A stretch of 20,000 bases of DNA from an uncultured virus (IMG/VR IMGVR_UViG_3300046529_000479) (Duplodnaviria; Heunggongvirae; Uroviricota; Caudoviricetes): the IMG/VR virus record IMGVR_UViG_3300046529_000479. One strand, written 5' to 3'. The notes under the pieces were generated by a model. It was given only the letters and a program-made list of their open reading frames with translations, did no database searches and was not told the DNA's origin. The position numbers and the translations under genes are program-made. Numbering within the stretch: the first letter of the stretch is position 1; each line of letters begins with the position of its first letter. Positions 15,517 to 20,000 of this stretch are shown here, piece after piece.

Positions 15517-15746
15517 ACGCGCGTAGGGGAGGATCAATCGGGTAGGGGTCGCGCGCGGCCGTAGGCGCGCGATACAATACAAAGACTAAAACCGCGCCCG
15601 CGCGCGTATACAATTCTGAAATCCCTGCTAATCGAAAGATCAGTTCTCGGCATTAAACTCGGCATCCGAAGGGAGTGAATCGGTAGTAGTCTCCCCGATA
15701 CGAGCCTCGCCGCTCGTGCCGGCAACAATTATTGGAGGGAGCGCCC

Positions 15747-16748
15747 TTGACCATTCCGCGTCTCAGAACGTCGGAAAGAACAACTTTTGAACGGTGTCGT
15801 TGGCTGTGGTACCTGAACTACGTTCTCGCGCGTCGGCCGAATATCGACAGACCGCCGCTGCGCTTCGGCACCCTCATTCACGGCGCGCTCGCTGCGTACT
15901 ACAAGCCGGGCAAGAAGCGTGGGCCGAAACCAGCGTTGACTTTCGAGCGCCTATACGAGGCAGATGCGAAAGCCGCCGGTGAGTTTGGCTTCAAGGTTGA
16001 AGAGGACGAGATCTGGGCCAACGCTGCCGAGCTAGGCCCAGCGATGCTCACCAACTATGTCGATTACTACGGCGCAGACGATGAGTGGGAAGTTCTCGCG
16101 ACCGAGTATCCGTTCAGCATACGCGTCAAGCACGCGATCCCGTTTGTCTACACCGGCGTCGTGGACGGAGTTTGGCGCCACCTTCCAACCGCGAAAATTT
16201 GGATGCCAGATCACAAGACGACGGGCGGTATTGAACGTCACCCTCGCTGGCTTCTCCTTGACGAGCAGGCGGGCGCGTACTGGACATTCGGACGCGAGGC
16301 CATCTATCGCGCGAAGCTGATCCCTCGGAGTACGCAGATCTCTGGACTGCTCTTCAACTTCCTTCGTAAGGCGCCACCCGACGATCGCCCGAGGGACAAC
16401 GGCGGTAACTACCTCAACAAGGACGGCTCGATCTCTGGCAAGCAGCCGGCACCCTATTTCGATCGCAAGCCGGTGTTCCGAGACGACAAAGACCGCGACT
16501 CCGTTTATGAGCGCGTCCAGAAACAATGGGCGCAGATCCATGCCGCCACTCAGAGCGCCTGGATTTTTCACGAGGACAGCGACCTCATTTACAAGAACGC
16601 AACGAAGTGGACTTGTCAGGGATGTAGCATGTTCGACATTTGCGAGGCCCACGAGATCCAGACCGACTGGGAGGACTTAATGGAATCAACTACACAGATC
16701 TGGAATCCGTACGCGGAGCACGAGGTTATTGCAGCGGAGCAGAGATGA
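15747..16748 (+). CDS. PD-(D/E)XK RecB/Cas4-like exonuclease
   Basis: TSERTTFERCRW, FGTLIH, TEYPF, GVVDGV, DHKT, CQGCSMFDIC; GGAGGG SD before TTG 15747. Confidence 0.9.
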   Translation: MTIPRLRTSERTTFERCRWLWYLNYVLARRPNIDRPPLRFGTLIHGALAAYYKPGKKRGPKPALTFERLYEADAKAAGEFGFKVEEDEIWANAAELGPAMLTNYVDYYGADDEWEVLATEYPFSIRVKHAIPFVYTGVVDGVWRHLPTAKIWMPDHKTTGGIERHPRWLLLDEQAGAYWTFGREAIYRAKLIPRSTQISGLLFNFLRKAPPDDRPRDNGGNYLNKDGSISGKQPAPYFDRKPVFRDDKDRDSVYERVQKQWAQIHAATQSAWIFHEDSDLIYKNATKWTCQGCSMFDICEAHEIQTDWEDLMESTTQIWNPYAEHEVIAAEQR

Positions 16749-16975
16749 GCGAGATCGACCCTCCAGGCTGGGTGTCCGAGGGCAAGACAGAAGTCTTCCC
16801 GCGTCCAGAGCCACCAGAGCAGCTCAGTCTGATCAACACGATGAGAGCGCGGCCCGGCTCTCTGCTCCTGTTCGCGGCAGAATGGGCAGGGATTGCTCTC
16901 GTCGCGATCGGGCTACTCACGATCGTGTTCCTGCTCTGCGTCGGCGGCTACGAGCTGGTACAGACAACGTCATGA
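16745..16975 (+). CDS. Membrane protein (76 aa)
   Basis: ATGA overlap; C-terminal hydrophobic helix. Confidence 0.7.
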   Translation: MSEIDPPGWVSEGKTEVFPRPEPPEQLSLINTMRARPGSLLLFAAEWAGIALVAIGLLTIVFLLCVGGYELVQTTS

Positions 16976-17124
16976 CGTACTACGTCGATTGCCCGAGCTG
17001 CGCGAAGCTACGCCCGTGGGCCAAGAGGCCCGAGCTGGTCGTGAAGGGCGAGAGGCGGTGTCGATATTGTAGCTTGAAGTCGGTCAAGAAGACACGACGC
17101 AAGGCGAGAATTGCTATAGGATGA
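16972..17124 (+). CDS. Zn-finger peptide (50 aa)
   Basis: ATGA overlap; CPSC...CRYC. Confidence 0.7.
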   Translation: MTYYVDCPSCAKLRPWAKRPELVVKGERRCRYCSLKSVKKTRRKARIAIG

Positions 17125-17465
17125 AAACTGAATTTTACCTTGCAAATAATCGGGCTGCCTCAATCGAGGCACGTGACGAGGCGATCGAGCGGGTCGGGAT
17201 CAACAACGTCATCTGGATTCGATCGGTCTTGCCATTCGTGCATGATATCTGTGAACGTCGTGAACTGTTCACAACGGACGCCGTACGCTGGCACGCCGAT
17301 CGGAAGATCGGGCCAGCGCGCGAGCCGCGAGCTATGGGTGCGGTGATGGCCAAGGCAGCAGCTCGCGGCTGGTGCGAGCCCACTAATGAAACTAGGCAAT
17401 CTACTCGCGTTCCATGCCATCGCAGACCATTGCGGGTATGGAGATCGCTACTGTGGGAGCCGTGA
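17121..17465 (+). CDS. Phage hypothetical protein (114 aa)
   Basis: ATGA overlap; EPRAMGAVMAKAAARGW...HRRPLRVWRS. Confidence 0.8.
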   Translation: MKTEFYLANNRAASIEARDEAIERVGINNVIWIRSVLPFVHDICERRELFTTDAVRWHADRKIGPAREPRAMGAVMAKAAARGWCEPTNETRQSTRVPCHRRPLRVWRSLLWEP

Positions 17466-17617
17466 CTTTCCAGAATCATCCGGTGGTATGTATGGAATGT
17501 CGCCGACCGGCGTGGCTAAGCGTGTCGATGATGTTCTATTACTGCCCGATGTGCCGCAGATCGGTAACTGCCGAGGAAGTCTACGACAAGATGGGAAGGG
17601 AGGTGAAGAATGGCTAA
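17462..17617 (+). CDS. Zn-finger peptide (51 aa)
   Basis: GTGA overlap; CMEC...YCPMC. Confidence 0.7.
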   Translation: MTFQNHPVVCMECRRPAWLSVSMMFYYCPMCRRSVTAEEVYDKMGREVKNG

Positions 17618-18410
17618 GCCCGCCGACATCCAGCCCATCACGGCCAGCAAACACTACCGCATCCTGGTCTATGGAGATCCAGGCGCGCGCAAGACGACGC
17701 TCGCGGGAAGCGGTGGTGCGAACACGCTCATCGTTCATCCGTACGTCGAGCACCTGGACGCGATCAAGAATAGCGGTGCGGATCACTGGCTGGTGAAGGA
17801 CTGGTCGGGGATGAACGAGGTTCTTGCGTGGGCTCGACACGAGGGCAATGCGTACGAATGGATCTGGCTCGACTCGATCTCATGCTGGCAGGATGTCGGC
17901 ATGGACGACATCTTCGATGTAGCGAAGGCACGCAACCCGCGTCGCGCTACCGCTTTCTGGGACAAGGGCGACTACGGCGTCAACATGGGCAGAATCGCAG
18001 AATGGGTGAGGTTCATGATGGGCTGCGATCTGTTCCATCTCGGCATCACGGCTCACCAGTTCTGGATGGAAGTCCAAGAAGGAGAGCCGGATGAGGAAAT
18101 GGGCCCACAATACACCGAGCGCATGATGCCGTGGATCCAGGGCAAAGGTATGCCACAGCGGATCGCTGGCTACATGCAGATGGTTGGCTACCAGACAGTC
18201 CACGACTCGAAGAAGCGGAAAGGAGAGCAATACACCAAGACACGTTTCAAAGGCAACACTGCGTTCTACGGAAAGGATCAGTTCCATGCCTTTCCAAGTG
18301 GTCAGGTAATCGACCTGACTGTACCAAAGCTAGAAGCAGCAATCAAGCAGGCGCGCGAAAGTGCGCCCACCACTACCAGACGTAGGAGGAACACAGTTGC
18401 CAGCAATTAG
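17610..18410 (+). CDS. AAA_24/Sak4-like ATPase (recombination)
   Basis: ILVYGDPGARKTT, WIWLDSIS, ITAH; lies between the exonuclease and the SSB-like gene. Confidence 0.85.
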   Translation: MAKPADIQPITASKHYRILVYGDPGARKTTLAGSGGANTLIVHPYVEHLDAIKNSGADHWLVKDWSGMNEVLAWARHEGNAYEWIWLDSISCWQDVGMDDIFDVAKARNPRRATAFWDKGDYGVNMGRIAEWVRFMMGCDLFHLGITAHQFWMEVQEGEPDEEMGPQYTERMMPWIQGKGMPQRIAGYMQMVGYQTVHDSKKRKGEQYTKTRFKGNTAFYGKDQFHAFPSGQVIDLTVPKLEAAIKQARESAPTTTRRRRNTVASN

Positions 18411-19179
18411 GTACGACGTCAGCGATGTCGAGTCAGGTGCCGGCGAGCAAGCACCGCCGAAGATCTACAAGGCCAAGATCACGGCCGTCGAGCACCGGAC
18501 AGAGAAGTCCGACGGTACCAAGATCGAGGGCAAAGGTGACTTCCATGTCACCGTCTCGGTCGGCGACGGATTCGCTCCGCTCCACTCGTACATCGGTCTG
18601 TACGACGCGACGGCATGGAAGCTGCGCGAGTTCACGGACGCGCTCGGACTGCCCGCGAAGGGATCGCTCGATCCCAAGAAGCTCGTGGGCAAGGAGTGTC
18701 GCGTCCAGGTCACAAAGGACGAGTACGACGGCGCGTACAAGGCCCGGCTGAAGACCTGGCTCAAGGCCAAGGACGACGAGGCCGATGAGGAGGACGAGGA
18801 CGAGGAGGAAACTGACGAGGAGGAAGTTGACGAGGAGGAGGAGACTGAAGAGGACGAGCCTGAGGAGGAGGAAGAAGAAGTTGAGGAGGAGGAGGAGCCT
18901 GAGGCCGAGGCCGACCCCCTCGATGAGATGGATCGGGCTGAGCTGAAGAAGCACATCAAGTCCGAAGGGCTGGAGATCAAGGTCACCACAAAGATGTCGG
19001 ACGACGACATCCGCGAGGCGATCCGTGCCGAGGACACCGACGACTACGACGAGTGGCCAGTCGGTGATTTGAAGGAGGAGTTCGGCAAGCGCGATCTCTC
19101 CCTCAAGAAGGGCGCCAAGGCTACCAAGGCCAACTACATCGCCGCGCTCCGCGCGGACGACAATGAAGAGCCCTTCTAG
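18397..19179 (+). CDS. SSB-like (DUF669-type) protein with acidic tract
   Basis: AGGAGG SD before TTG; WKLREFTDALG...LVGKECRVQV..DEYDG; long E/D tract; ends in DDNEEPF. Confidence 0.75.
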   Translation: MPAIRYDVSDVESGAGEQAPPKIYKAKITAVEHRTEKSDGTKIEGKGDFHVTVSVGDGFAPLHSYIGLYDATAWKLREFTDALGLPAKGSLDPKKLVGKECRVQVTKDEYDGAYKARLKTWLKAKDDEADEEDEDEEETDEEEVDEEEETEEDEPEEEEEEVEEEEEPEAEADPLDEMDRAELKKHIKSEGLEIKVTTKMSDDDIREAIRAEDTDDYDEWPVGDLKEEFGKRDLSLKKGAKATKANYIAALRADDNEEPF

Positions 19180-19188
19180 CAATTAGTA

Positions 19189-20000
19189 ATGCCGATTAAG
19201 AACGGGCAGATCAGGCTACTCCGAGACTACTTTGTCACGGATGGGCCGCGCGAGGACGGCGAGTGGTACTTGCTGTGTCCGCTACATGCGGATACGAAAC
19301 GCTCGGCGTCGATCAACGTGTACTCTGCTCAGTTCTACTGCCAAGCGGGCTGCGGCGGCTGTACGGTGAAGGATCTGATCGGGATGAAGTCCCGGTGGAT
19401 CACACCCAACAGTCAGGCCGCAGCCCGCGTTCGCAAGAACGGAGCCAACCCTCGCCGACGAGAGGCCGTGTCAGAGGCAATGGCCGACGCCTGGGCAGCG
19501 AACCTGCTCGATGAGGACGCGGCCCGAGACGAGATCGTAGGGCTGCGTGGATTAACGTCGGACACGCTCAAGCAGTTCCACATCGGGTGGGATCGGGACA
19601 AACACGTCTACACGATCCCTGTCTACGCGGCTGACGGAGAGCTGCTGAACATCCGCCGGTATACGCCTCGCCCGCGAGGCGACACGAAGATCTGGGGCTT
19701 GGTCGGACGCAATACTCCAGTTCTCTATCCGGCTAGCCAGCTCATCTACGACACGATCATCGTCTGTGAAGGGGAGTGGGATGCACTCGCAACTATTCAG
19801 GCGGGCTATCCAGCGGTCACCAAGACCGGATCAGCCAAGATGTGGAAGCAGGAATGGAATGAGGCTTTCAGGGACAAGTTGGTCTACCTCTGCCATGACC
19901 GCGATGATACTGGCGTGGATGCTAACCGGGTCGTGGCTCGTGCTCTCTCTCGCGTTTGTGACGTCCGTGTTGTTGTTCTACCGTACGAGCTGACTGAGAA
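19189..20000 (+). CDS. DnaG-like primase (CHC2 Zn finger plus TOPRIM), runs off the window edge
   Basis: Not in the ORF track. Manual translation gives CPLHADTKRSAS...FYCQAGC, IIVCEGEWDAL and LCHDRDDTG. Confidence 0.9.
   Translation, partial: MPIKNGQIRLLRDYFVTDGPREDGEWYLLCPLHADTKRSASINVYSAQFYCQAGCGGCTVKDLIGMKSRWITPNSQAAARVRKNGANPRRREAVSEAMADAWAANLLDEDAARDEIVGLRGLTSDTLKQFHIGWDRDKHVYTIPVYAADGELLNIRRYTPRPRGDTKIWGLVGRNTPVLYPASQLIYDTIIVCEGEWDALATIQAGYPAVTKTGSAKMWKQEWNEAFRDKLVYLCHDRDDTGVDANRVVARALSRVCDVRVVVLPYELTE

Noticed and set aside
15747..16748. CRISPR-associated Cas4
   Set aside because: Its context (Sak4-like ATPase, SSB-like protein, primase) fits an ordinary phage recombination exonuclease.
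18433..19182. Minus-strand Leu-rich and Ser-rich ORFs
   Set aside because: Antisense shadows of the GAG/GAC acidic tract.
1..20000. tRNA or rRNA genes, transposases, alternative genetic code
   Set aside because: No cloverleaf or transposase motifs were seen, and genes tile normally using TGA, TAG and TAA stops.

Overview
This window looks like part of a high-GC, probably actinobacterial, dsDNA phage genome. The host is inferred, not shown. (1) 1-1860: start of a leftward operon of small proteins and a truncated GH25-like endolysin. (2) ~1860-2960: divergent non-coding region with alternating purine-pyrimidine tracts and a phased T-tract block. It leads into a ~1.1 kb stretch (2359-3458) almost devoid of TG/CA dinucleotides, which contains one gene lacking C, H, Q and internal M; this is probably the first-injected genome end. 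(3) 3577-12338: about 30 small early genes arranged in modules. Modules are separated by a repeated element in 15 copies: a sequence-variable hairpin with a wobble pair always at stem position 5, usually a second or alternative hairpin, then the extended Shine-Dalgarno CGAAGGAGGGTCA. (4) 12461-20000: HTH/AT-hook protein (possible -1 frameshift fusion), SNF2-like helicase, PD-(D/E)XK exonuclease, Sak4-like ATPase, SSB-like protein and DnaG-like primase. All family assignments come from motif recognition by eye, not database searches.
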